Shown here one piece after another: positions 45,944 to 53,487 of a stretch of 64,000 nucleotides of DNA. Below the pieces are notes generated by a model, which ran no database searches, was not told the DNA's origin, and saw nothing but the letters and a program-made list of their open reading frames with translations. The stretch is from Vicinamibacterales bacterium (GTDB taxonomy: Bacteria; Acidobacteriota; Vicinamibacteria; Vicinamibacterales; UBA2999). The first letter of the stretch is position 1. Every line of letters begins with the position of its first letter. Location of the stretch: positions 191,911 through 255,910 of the forward strand of contig JBFWNR010000005.1 of NCBI GenBank assembly GCA_050250955.1, read 5' to 3'. The position numbers were made by a program, and so were the translations under genes.

Positions 45944-46974
45944 TGCGCCTGCCCAGGTTCGAGTACCGATCCCCGCGGACGGTGGCGGAGGCGGCCGCCT
46001 GGTTGGCCGAGGCGCCGGGCGAGACGCTGCTGGTGGCCGGCGGCACCGACCTGCTGCCGAACATGAAGCGGCGGCAGCAGACGCCGCGGGTGCTGGTCGG
46101 GTTGCGCGGCATCGACGAACTGCGCCGGCTCGACGTGAACGGCGCGGTGCGCCTCGGCGCCGGCGTCACGCTGACCGAGCTGGTGCGGCACGAGGGCGTG
46201 CGAGCCCGGCTGCCCGGGCTGTGGCAGGCGGCCGCGCAGGTGGCCACCCCGCACCTGCGCAACATGGGCACGCTGGGCGGCAATCTCTGCCTCGATACGC
46301 GGTGCACGTACTACGACCAGGGCTACGAGTGGCGCAAGGCGATCGACTTCTGCCTGAAGAAGGACGGCCGCACCTGCTGGGTGGCGACGTCGAGCCCGAC
46401 CTGCCTGGCGGTGTCGTCGTCCGACACGGCGCCGATGCTGCAGGCGCTCGGCACCCGCGTGCGCCTGGTGTCGGCGGTCGGCGAACGCTGGATCGACGTC
46501 GCGGAGCTGTACGCGAACGACGGCATGCACTACCTGACGCGGCGTCCCGACGAACTCCTGGCCGAGGTCGAGGTGCCGGCGGACGCCGCTTGGCGGAGCA
46601 CCTACTGGAAGCTGCGCCGCCGTGGCGCGTTCGACTTTCCCGTGCTGTCGGTGGCGGCTGCGGCGCAGGTGGCGGCGGACGGCACGGTGACGGCGGCGCG
46701 CGTGGTGCTGGGCGCCGTGGCGTCGCGACCGATGGTGGCGCCGAAGGCCGGGGCCGCGCTGGTCGGCCGGGCGCTGAGCGATGCCGCCATCGCCGAAGCC
46801 GCGGAGGGCGCCTACGAGGTCGCCAAGCCGATGGACAACACCGACTTCGATCTGGTGTGGCGCAAGCGCATGACCCGCGCGCTGGCCGGCTACGCGTTGC
46901 GGGAGCTGCGCGGCGACGACATGCGGGAGACGCGCCGGAAGCTGTCGCGACAAGCGCTGACAGTTCTGTCATGA
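45940..46974 (+). CDS. FAD-binding subunit carrying a Cys-rich [4Fe-4S]-type insertion (HcrB-like, 4-hydroxybenzoyl-CoA reductase beta-type)
   Basis: ATGA overlap with the large subunit. The FAD motifs are LVAGGTDLLPNMK and RNMGTLGGN. An inserted loop CTYYDQGYEWRKAIDFCLKKDGRTCWVATSSPTC places Cys residues at 122, 138, 146 and 155, counted from ATG 45940. Confidence 0.9.
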   Translation: MMRLPRFEYRSPRTVAEAAAWLAEAPGETLLVAGGTDLLPNMKRRQQTPRVLVGLRGIDELRRLDVNGAVRLGAGVTLTELVRHEGVRARLPGLWQAAAQVATPHLRNMGTLGGNLCLDTRCTYYDQGYEWRKAIDFCLKKDGRTCWVATSSPTCLAVSSSDTAPMLQALGTRVRLVSAVGERWIDVAELYANDGMHYLTRRPDELLAEVEVPADAAWRSTYWKLRRRGAFDFPVLSVAAAAQVAADGTVTAARVVLGAVASRPMVAPKAGAALVGRALSDAAIAEAAEGAYEVAKPMDNTDFDLVWRKRMTRALAGYALRELRGDDMRETRRKLSRQALTVLS

Positions 46975-46982
46975 CCCCCGGT

Positions 46983-47022
46983 CGGTGCCAGGCACCGGGG
47001 TGAGCCCCGGTGCCTGGCACCG
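46983..47022. repeat. REP-like palindromic element, family A: 18-bp perfect hairpin CGGTGCCAGGCACCGGGG-tgag-CCCCGGTGCCTGGCACCG
   Basis: Read directly from the sequence. It lies downstream of the hcrB-like stop, so it may also terminate transcription. Confidence 0.85.
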
Positions 47023-47055
47023 AGGGCGGGCGATCACGGATTCGTACTCGGGCCG

Positions 47056-47061
47056 TACACT
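47056..47061 (+). promoter_or_regulatory. -10-like TACACT box 7 nt upstream of ATG 47069
   Basis: The sequence reads TACACT-gcggcgc-ATG. Confidence 0.4.
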
Positions 47062-47068
47062 GCGGCGC

Positions 47069-47458
47069 ATGCCCACCGTCGACACCTTCACGCCCGCAGG
47101 CACGCCGACGCCCATCGGCCCCTACAGCCACATCGCCAAGGTCGGGTCGTTCATCACCATCGGCGGTACCGCAGCCTTCGACCCGGCCACCGGCCGGCTG
47201 GTCGGGGCCGACGTCGGCACCCAGACGACGCGCATCCTCGACACGTTCCGCGTGATGCTCGACGCCGTCGGCTCGGACCTGGACCACGTCGTCCATGTCA
47301 ACGTGTTCCTGGCCGACATGGCCGACTTCGCGGCGATGAACGCGGCCTACGCGGCGGCCATGGGCGCGCACCGTCCGGCGCGGACCGTCATCGGCGTTCG
47401 CGAGCTGCCCAGGCCGGGCGTGCGGCTGACGATGAACCTGACGGCCGTGCAGCGCTAG
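47069..47458 (+). CDS. RidA/YjgF family reactive-intermediate deaminase
   Basis: 129 aa. Motifs seen are PIGPYSHIAKVGSFITIGG, HVNVFLADMADF and PARTVIGV. Confidence 0.9.
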   Translation: MPTVDTFTPAGTPTPIGPYSHIAKVGSFITIGGTAAFDPATGRLVGADVGTQTTRILDTFRVMLDAVGSDLDHVVHVNVFLADMADFAAMNAAYAAAMGAHRPARTVIGVRELPRPGVRLTMNLTAVQR

Positions 47459-48630
47459 TTGGTGACCGCGGCCACCAGACGATCCACCATCTCCTTGATC
47501 GGCAGCGCCCGGTGCTCGTCGATGTTCCAGCCCGTGAACACGGCGACGACCTCCTGCTCGGGCATCACGATCAGGCGCTGACCGCCGAAGCCGTTCATCA
47601 CCCAGGCCAGGCGATCGCCGGCGCCGTACGGGAACAGCCACCACTTGAAGCCGTACTTCGCCAGCGGGGTCGCCGTCATCGCCGGCGCCACCGACTCGGC
47701 CACCCACTCGCCCGAGACCAGACGCTCGCCCTCCCACAGGCCGCCGTTCAGCCACAGCCGCCCGAACCGCGCCAGGTCGGGCGCCGTGAAGTAGAGCCCG
47801 CCTTCGGTGTCGGGCAGCCCGGTCGGCGTGTGTTTCCAGTAGTAGTCGGTGATGCCGAGCGGCGCGAAGAGATGGGCGGCGGCGTAGTCGCCGATGTCCT
47901 GGCCGGTGGCGTGCTTGAAGATGCCGGCCAGCAGCTGCGTGGCGCCGCTGTTGTAGACCCAGGTCGTCCCCGGGTCGGCGGCCATCGGCCGGTCGAGCAC
48001 GTACTGGATCCAGTCCTGGCTCTTCTCCATCACCGCGCAGTTGTTGCGCGGATCCGTGTACGCGGTGTTCGACTCGTCCCACTCCAGTCCGGCGGTCATC
48101 GTCAGCAGGTGCCGGATGGTCATCCGCTGCTTGCGCGCATCGAGATTGGCCACCGTCCGGTCGGGAAAGAAGCTGAGGACGGTGGAGTCCAGATCGGGAA
48201 ACTGCCCGCGCGTCCGCGCCACGCCGATGACGATCGAGGTGATGGTCTTGCTGACCGACTGCATCGTGTGCAGGGCCGTCCCGTTGTAGTAAGGGTGCCA
48301 GGCCGGGTCGTAGTAGTTGTACATGCCGGGAACGGGGTCGCGGCCGGCGTAGGCGGCCCGGTAGTCGTGGTCGTAGCGCGCGTCGGCGACGACCGTGCCG
48401 CGGCGGGTGACGAACATCGCGTCGACGTAGCCGTACTTCCCGGCCGTGAAGTCGGCGTCGAGAGCGGCGAGTGCGGCCGGGTCCATCCCGACGTCCGCCG
48501 GGGCGCTCGTGGTCCACGCGAAGGCTGCCGGCGGGGCAGCGGGTTCTGCGGGCGGGGCAGGCTCCGGCGCCGGGCGGCAGGCCGCGCCGGCAAGACCCAG
48601 GACGAGGGCGGCGATCGATACCGATCTCAT
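47455..48630 (-). CDS. beta-lactamase-fold serine hydrolase, secreted
   Basis: The signal peptide is MRSVSIAALVLGLAGAAC and the SxxK motif is SVSK. A GGAG RBS lies upstream. The stop shares the tetranucleotide CTAG with the RidA stop. Confidence 0.85.
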   Translation of the reverse strand: MRSVSIAALVLGLAGAACRPAPEPAPPAEPAAPPAAFAWTTSAPADVGMDPAALAALDADFTAGKYGYVDAMFVTRRGTVVADARYDHDYRAAYAGRDPVPGMYNYYDPAWHPYYNGTALHTMQSVSKTITSIVIGVARTRGQFPDLDSTVLSFFPDRTVANLDARKQRMTIRHLLTMTAGLEWDESNTAYTDPRNNCAVMEKSQDWIQYVLDRPMAADPGTTWVYNSGATQLLAGIFKHATGQDIGDYAAAHLFAPLGITDYYWKHTPTGLPDTEGGLYFTAPDLARFGRLWLNGGLWEGERLVSGEWVAESVAPAMTATPLAKYGFKWWLFPYGAGDRLAWVMNGFGGQRLIVMPEQEVVAVFTGWNIDEHRALPIKEMVDRLVAAVTN

Positions 48631-48657
48631 GGGGGCTCCGTGTGGAAATATTTGAAC

Positions 48658-48704
48658 AGGGGTCAGACCCCTTTCAAGCCCCACCCAGAATAGGGTCTGG
48701 CCCC
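48658..48704. repeat. REP-like palindromic element, family B (AGGGGTCAGACCCCTTTCAAGCC...GAATAGGGTCTGGCCCC), degenerate copy
   Basis: It shares the GGGGTCAGACCCC-(T/A)TTCAAGCC...GAATAGGGGTCTG architecture with 63639-63687. Here it sits between divergent gene starts. Confidence 0.75.
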
Positions 48705-48706
48705 GC

Positions 48707-48712
48707 TACAAT
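48707..48712 (+). promoter_or_regulatory. -10-like TACAAT box 7 nt upstream of ATG 48720
   Basis: The sequence reads TACAAT-tcctgcg-ATG. Confidence 0.45.
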
Positions 48713-48719
48713 TCCTGCG

Positions 48720-50516
48720 ATGCGCCCGCACCCTGGCGTCGTTGCGGCTTTCGCCGCGCTCGCGTTGGCCGGCCTCACCGCCCAGACGCCGGCGCCGATC
48801 GTCATCGAGAAGAACGTCGCGGCCCGGATGCGCGACGGCGTCGTGTTGCGGGCCGACGTCTATCGCCCCACCGGCGACGCCCGACGGCCGGCGCTGCTGC
48901 AGCGCACGCCGTACTCGAAGAACCCCGACGCGCCGGACAGCCAGTACCACCGCCTGGCCGCCGCCGGCTTCGTCGTCGTCGTGCAGGACACCCGCGGCCG
49001 CTACATGTCGGACGGTGTCGCCGTGCCGCACGACGAAGGCGCCGACGGCTACGACACCGTGGAGTGGGTGGCGACGCTGCCCTACGTGGACGGACGCGTC
49101 GGGATGTTCGGCGGCAGCTACAGCGCCACGACCCAGCTGCTCGCCGCGCCGATGCAGCCGCCCCACCTGGTGGCGCTGTTCCCGTCGGCCTCCTACGCCA
49201 GCCGCTACGACATGGTGTTCCAGGGCGGGGCGTTCTACCTCGGCGACGGCCTGAGCTGGAACCTCGGCCAGGCCAAGGACGTCCGACGCCGCGCCCTGGA
49301 GCCGACCGCCGACCGCGACCACGAGATCGGCCTGACGCCCGATGAACGCCGGCAGCTGCGCGACGACTGGTACTGGCGGCTGCCGTTGAAGGCGATGCGC
49401 ATCCTGGAGGTCGACACCTACTCGCCGGGCTACTTCGACCTGCTGGCGCATCCCTCCTACGACCGCTTCTGGGAGACCTTCGACGTGGCGGCGAAACACC
49501 CGCAGTTCCAGGTCCCGGCCTACCACCTCACCGGCTGGTACGACAGCCTGCTGAACGGCACTCTGGCCAATTACGCCGGCCTGCGCGAGCACGCCGGCAG
49601 CGAACACGCCCGGCGCAACCAGCGGCTCATCGTCGGGCCGTGGACGCACGCCAGGCCCAACGCCGGCACGCGGGCCATCGGCGACGTCGATTTCGGGCCC
49701 GAAGCCGGGTTCGACTCCGAGGGCCTCATCGTCCGCTGGTTCCGCCACTGGATGCCGCAGCCGGTTCCGTCCGGCGGCGCGACCCCGCCCGACTGGCCCG
49801 GCCCGCCGGTGCGGATCTTCGTGATGGGCGACAACCGCTGGCGCGACGAGCAGGAGTGGCCGCTGGCCCGTGCCGTGCCCACGGCGTGGCACCTGCTCAG
49901 CGGCGGCGCCGCGAACACGCTCGCCGGCGACGGAGTGCTGTCGCCGCAGCCGGCACCGTCGAGCCAATCCGCCGATCGCTTCGACTACGACCCGGCGACG
50001 CCGGTGCCCACCGGCGCCTCCGGCGCCTACTCGCGGGCGCCGAGCGACCGTCGGCCGATGCAGCAGCGGCAGGACGTGCTGGTCTACACCTCGACGCCGA
50101 TGACCGCGCCGCTCGAGGTCACCGGTCCGGTGCGCCTCGTTCTCTGGGCCGCCTCGTCGGCGCCGGACACCGACTTCACCGCCGCGTTGAGCGACGTCCA
50201 GCCCGACGGCACGGCGCGCGCGCTGACCGACGGCATCGTCCGCGCCCGCTACCGCTCCAGCCGCACCCGGCCCACCTTGCTCACGCCCGGACAGCCGACT
50301 GAGTTCACCATCGAGGTCGGCGCGACCAGCAACGTGTTCCTGCCCGGGCATCGGCTGCGCCTCGAGGTGTCGAGCAGCAATTTCCCGCGCTGGGACCGCA
50401 ATCCCAACACCGGCGCGGCCTTCGCCAGCGACGGCGCCACCGTCGTCGCTCGCCAGACGATTTTCCACGACGCCGCGCACCCCTCGCGGCTGGTCCTGCC
50501 GGTGGTGCCGCGATGA
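48720..50516 (+). CDS. CocE/NonD family hydrolase (S15 X-Pro dipeptidyl-peptidase-like), secreted
   Basis: Motifs seen are MRDGVVLRADVYRP, RTPYSK, the nucleophile motif GGSYSA, and the C-terminal beta-sandwich sequence RLEVSSSNFPRWDRNPN. Confidence 0.9.
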   Translation: MRPHPGVVAAFAALALAGLTAQTPAPIVIEKNVAARMRDGVVLRADVYRPTGDARRPALLQRTPYSKNPDAPDSQYHRLAAAGFVVVVQDTRGRYMSDGVAVPHDEGADGYDTVEWVATLPYVDGRVGMFGGSYSATTQLLAAPMQPPHLVALFPSASYASRYDMVFQGGAFYLGDGLSWNLGQAKDVRRRALEPTADRDHEIGLTPDERRQLRDDWYWRLPLKAMRILEVDTYSPGYFDLLAHPSYDRFWETFDVAAKHPQFQVPAYHLTGWYDSLLNGTLANYAGLREHAGSEHARRNQRLIVGPWTHARPNAGTRAIGDVDFGPEAGFDSEGLIVRWFRHWMPQPVPSGGATPPDWPGPPVRIFVMGDNRWRDEQEWPLARAVPTAWHLLSGGAANTLAGDGVLSPQPAPSSQSADRFDYDPATPVPTGASGAYSRAPSDRRPMQQRQDVLVYTSTPMTAPLEVTGPVRLVLWAASSAPDTDFTAALSDVQPDGTARALTDGIVRARYRSSRTRPTLLTPGQPTEFTIEVGATSNVFLPGHRLRLEVSSSNFPRWDRNPNTGAAFASDGATVVARQTIFHDAAHPSRLVLPVVPR

Positions 50517-52684
50517 CCGGCGGCATCACACGGAGGCTGGGGATCGTCGCGGCCGTCACGGCCGTCGTCGCGGCGTGTTCGAGCCCGTCCGCTCCCGACG
50601 GGTCACCGGCGCGCCCGCTGCTCGGCTACTCGGCGGCGGCGGCGACGGCCCAGCACGATCTGGAACGGCGCTTCCAGCAGGGGGTCGACGCCGAGTCGAT
50701 GTCGGCGCTGCACCGGCCGCTGACGGCGCGTCCGCACCCGGCCGGATCCGAAGGCACCAGGGAAGTCGTCGCCTACCTGCAGCGCACGCTCGCCGGCTAC
50801 GGCCTCGACGTGCAGACCCACGAGTACCAGGTGCTCCTCGATCGCCCGCGCCGCGTCGAGGTGACGCTCACCGCACCGACGCGCCGGACCCTGTCGGTGG
50901 GCGAACCGGCCATCGCCGGCGATCCGACGTCGTCGCACCCCGAACTGGGCGGCGGCTACATCGCCTACTCGGCCTCCGGTACGGCCAGCGGCCAGGCGGT
51001 GTTCGTCAACTACGGCCTGCCGGCCGACTACGCCCGACTGAAGGCGCTCGGCGTCTCGGTGCGTGGCCACGTCGCCGTGGCGCGCTACGGCCGCAGCCAC
51101 CGGGCCGTGAAGGTGCACACCGCCCAGGAGGAAGGTGCCCGGGCGCTCGTGCTCTACAGCGACCCGGCCGACGACGGCGCGGCCAAGGGTGCGGTGTGGC
51201 CCGAGGGCTACTGGCGGGGGCCAGACATGCTCCAGCGCGGCAACGCGAAGCTGAGCTGGTTCTGGCACGGCGACCCACTGACGCCTGGAGTCGGCGCCAC
51301 GGCCGATGCCGACCGCCTCGATCCGAAGACCGCGCCGACGCTGCCGCGCATTCCCGTGGCGGTCGTGAGCGCCCGCGAGGCCGCGCACATCCTGACCGCA
51401 CTCGGCGGCGCCGAGCGACCCGACGCGTTCCGCAGCGGCATCGACGGCGCGATGCGCGTCGGGCCCGGGCCGGCGGCGCTGCGGGTCGACGTCGACATGG
51501 ATGCCGGGGTCCGGCCGATCTACGACGTCGTCGCGACCCTGCACGGCCGGGCCACGCCCGAACGCACCATCCTGTTCGGCACCCATCACGATGCCTGGAC
51601 CTTCGGCGGCGTCGATCCCGGCACCGGCGCCACGGCGTTGCTCGAGACGGCCCGGGGCCTGGGCGAGCTGGCCCGCGCCGGCTGGCGTCCGGCGCGGTCG
51701 ATCGCCTTCGCCTTCTGGGATGCCGAGGAGTTCGGGCTGGTCGGCTCCACCGAGTACGCCGAGGCGCTCAAGGCGCAGCTGCAGGACCAGCTCGTCATGT
51801 ACGTGAACATCGACATGTACATGAAGGGGCGCTTCGATCCGGGCGGCGTGCCGTCGTTGCGTGCCTTCGTCGCCGACGTGGTCAAGGACGTGCCGGCGGG
51901 CAACAGCAGCGTCTTCGACCAGTGGCAGCAGTCGGAGTGGTCCCGGCTGCCGGCGGCGCGCCGCAGCGGATCGGTGACGGCGTTCGAACCCGACCTGAAG
52001 GCGCTCGGCAGCGGCGCCGACTTCGTGCCGTTCCAGGACCACCTGGGCGTGCCGACGATGGCGATCGAGTTCATCGGCGAGAACGGCTACGGCTACGGCA
52101 CCTACCACTCCAACTACGACTCGCGGGCCTACGTCGAGCGGGTGGCCGATCCCGGCTTCGTCCAGGGCGTCACCATGAGCCAGGTGCTGGGCACGCTGGC
52201 GCTGCGGATGAGCGAGGCCGAGGTGCTGCCGTTCCGCTTCTCGCCCTACGCCGCCGCACTCGACCAGGCGGTCACCATGGCCGACGGCTGGGCCCGCGAG
52301 GCTGGCCTGCCCATCGACGGCGAGGCCCTGCGCGGCAAGGCCGCGGCGGTCAGCCAGGCCGCGGCGGCGCTCGAAGCCGCCATCGACGCCCGGTTGGCCC
52401 GTGGCGCGGTGCCGGCGGCCGAGGCCGTCGCCCTGAACGACCTGCTGGCCAGGATGGAGCAGCGCCTGGTCGACGACGACGGCGCGGCGGACACCAAGTG
52501 GTACCGGCACGTCTTCTACGGCTGGAACATCTACTCGCTCTACGACGGCCAGCCGTTCCCCGGGCTGGCCGAGGCATTCAGGGTGAAGGACGCCGCCCGC
52601 GTGACGCGGGAAGTGCTCCGTATCGATCGCGCGCTCGTCCGCCTGCACGCCGGTCTGACCGAGGCGTCGGCGCTCGTGCGCTGA
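50513..52684 (+). CDS. M28-family peptidase of the glutamate carboxypeptidase II / transferrin-receptor-like type (lipoprotein)
   Basis: ATGA overlap with the upstream gene. The lipobox is VVAACS. It has a PA domain, the M28 motifs HHDAWTFGGVDPGTGA and WDAEEFGLVGSTEY, and a C-terminal helical dimerisation-like domain. Confidence 0.85.
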   Translation: MTGGITRRLGIVAAVTAVVAACSSPSAPDGSPARPLLGYSAAAATAQHDLERRFQQGVDAESMSALHRPLTARPHPAGSEGTREVVAYLQRTLAGYGLDVQTHEYQVLLDRPRRVEVTLTAPTRRTLSVGEPAIAGDPTSSHPELGGGYIAYSASGTASGQAVFVNYGLPADYARLKALGVSVRGHVAVARYGRSHRAVKVHTAQEEGARALVLYSDPADDGAAKGAVWPEGYWRGPDMLQRGNAKLSWFWHGDPLTPGVGATADADRLDPKTAPTLPRIPVAVVSAREAAHILTALGGAERPDAFRSGIDGAMRVGPGPAALRVDVDMDAGVRPIYDVVATLHGRATPERTILFGTHHDAWTFGGVDPGTGATALLETARGLGELARAGWRPARSIAFAFWDAEEFGLVGSTEYAEALKAQLQDQLVMYVNIDMYMKGRFDPGGVPSLRAFVADVVKDVPAGNSSVFDQWQQSEWSRLPAARRSGSVTAFEPDLKALGSGADFVPFQDHLGVPTMAIEFIGENGYGYGTYHSNYDSRAYVERVADPGFVQGVTMSQVLGTLALRMSEAEVLPFRFSPYAAALDQAVTMADGWAREAGLPIDGEALRGKAAAVSQAAAALEAAIDARLARGAVPAAEAVALNDLLARMEQRLVDDDGAADTKWYRHVFYGWNIYSLYDGQPFPGLAEAFRVKDAARVTREVLRIDRALVRLHAGLTEASALVR

Positions 52685-52708
52685 CCGCGCCGGCCTCGCC
52701 AACACCTC

Positions 52709-53437
52709 ATGGCGTTGCTTCGCCGGAGCCTGACCGCACTGCGTGCCGTGTTCAACACGGTGTTCGTGGTGGTCTGGACCATCGGCATGGTGACCGGAGT
52801 CGCAGTGCTCGCGGCGCTGGCGCGCGACCGACAGGTCTTCGTGCGGGCCCAACGGACGTGGGCGCGGGGCCTGGTGTGGGGCTGCGGCGCCACGTTCCGC
52901 GTCTGCGGCGCCGACGCGCTCGACCCCTCGGCGGCCTACGTCCTGGTGGTCAACCACGAGAGCCCGTGCGACATCGTGGCGCTCTTCGCCGCGCTGCCGG
53001 CGATGCCGGCGTTCGTCGCCAAGCGCGAGCTGCTCCGCGTCCCGTTCGTGGCCGCGGCGCTGCGGCTGGGCGGCCACGTGCTGGTTTCCCGCGGCCAGCG
53101 TGGCCAGGCGCACGAAGCGCTCCAGGAGGCGGGGCGCTGTCTCGCCTCGGGCCGCTCGGTCGTGTTCTTCCCCGAGGGCACGCGCGGCGACGGCGTGACG
53201 CTGCTGCCGTTCAAGAGCGGCGGCTTCCGGCTGGCCAAGGACGCCCGGGCGTCGGTGCTGCCGATCGGCCTGCGCGGCACCGCCTCGATTCTGGGCAAGG
53301 GCAATCCGCTGGTGTGGCCCGGCACCGTCGAGGTGCACGTCGGCACGCCGATTCCCGCCGCCGAGGTCGAGGCCCGCGACGCCGGCGAGCTCGCCGAGAT
53401 CACGCGCACGGCCGTGACCCGGCTGTTGGGGCGCTGA
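52709..53437 (+). CDS. 1-acyl-sn-glycerol-3-phosphate (lysophospholipid) acyltransferase
   Basis: The HX4D motif is NHESPCD, followed by FFPEGTR and an N-terminal TM helix. Confidence 0.85.
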   Translation: MALLRRSLTALRAVFNTVFVVVWTIGMVTGVAVLAALARDRQVFVRAQRTWARGLVWGCGATFRVCGADALDPSAAYVLVVNHESPCDIVALFAALPAMPAFVAKRELLRVPFVAAALRLGGHVLVSRGQRGQAHEALQEAGRCLASGRSVVFFPEGTRGDGVTLLPFKSGGFRLAKDARASVLPIGLRGTASILGKGNPLVWPGTVEVHVGTPIPAAEVEARDAGELAEITRTAVTRLLGR

Positions 53438-53475
53438 TTCCCGGCGGTCCGGCCGGGCCGGCTCCGGCCGCTTGT

Positions 53476-53481
53476 TATGAT
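53476..53481 (+). promoter_or_regulatory. -10-like TATGAT box 6 nt upstream of GTG 53488
   Basis: The sequence reads TATGAT-ccgacg-GTG. Confidence 0.4.
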
Positions 53482-53487
53482 CCGACG

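Noticed and set aside
50575-53487. N-terminal 970 codons of the 1651-aa ORF 50575-55530.
   Set aside because: This part overlaps the M28 peptidase and PlsC genes in another frame and is Arg/Gly-rich. Only the last 680 codons, from GTG 53488, encode the aconitase-family protein.
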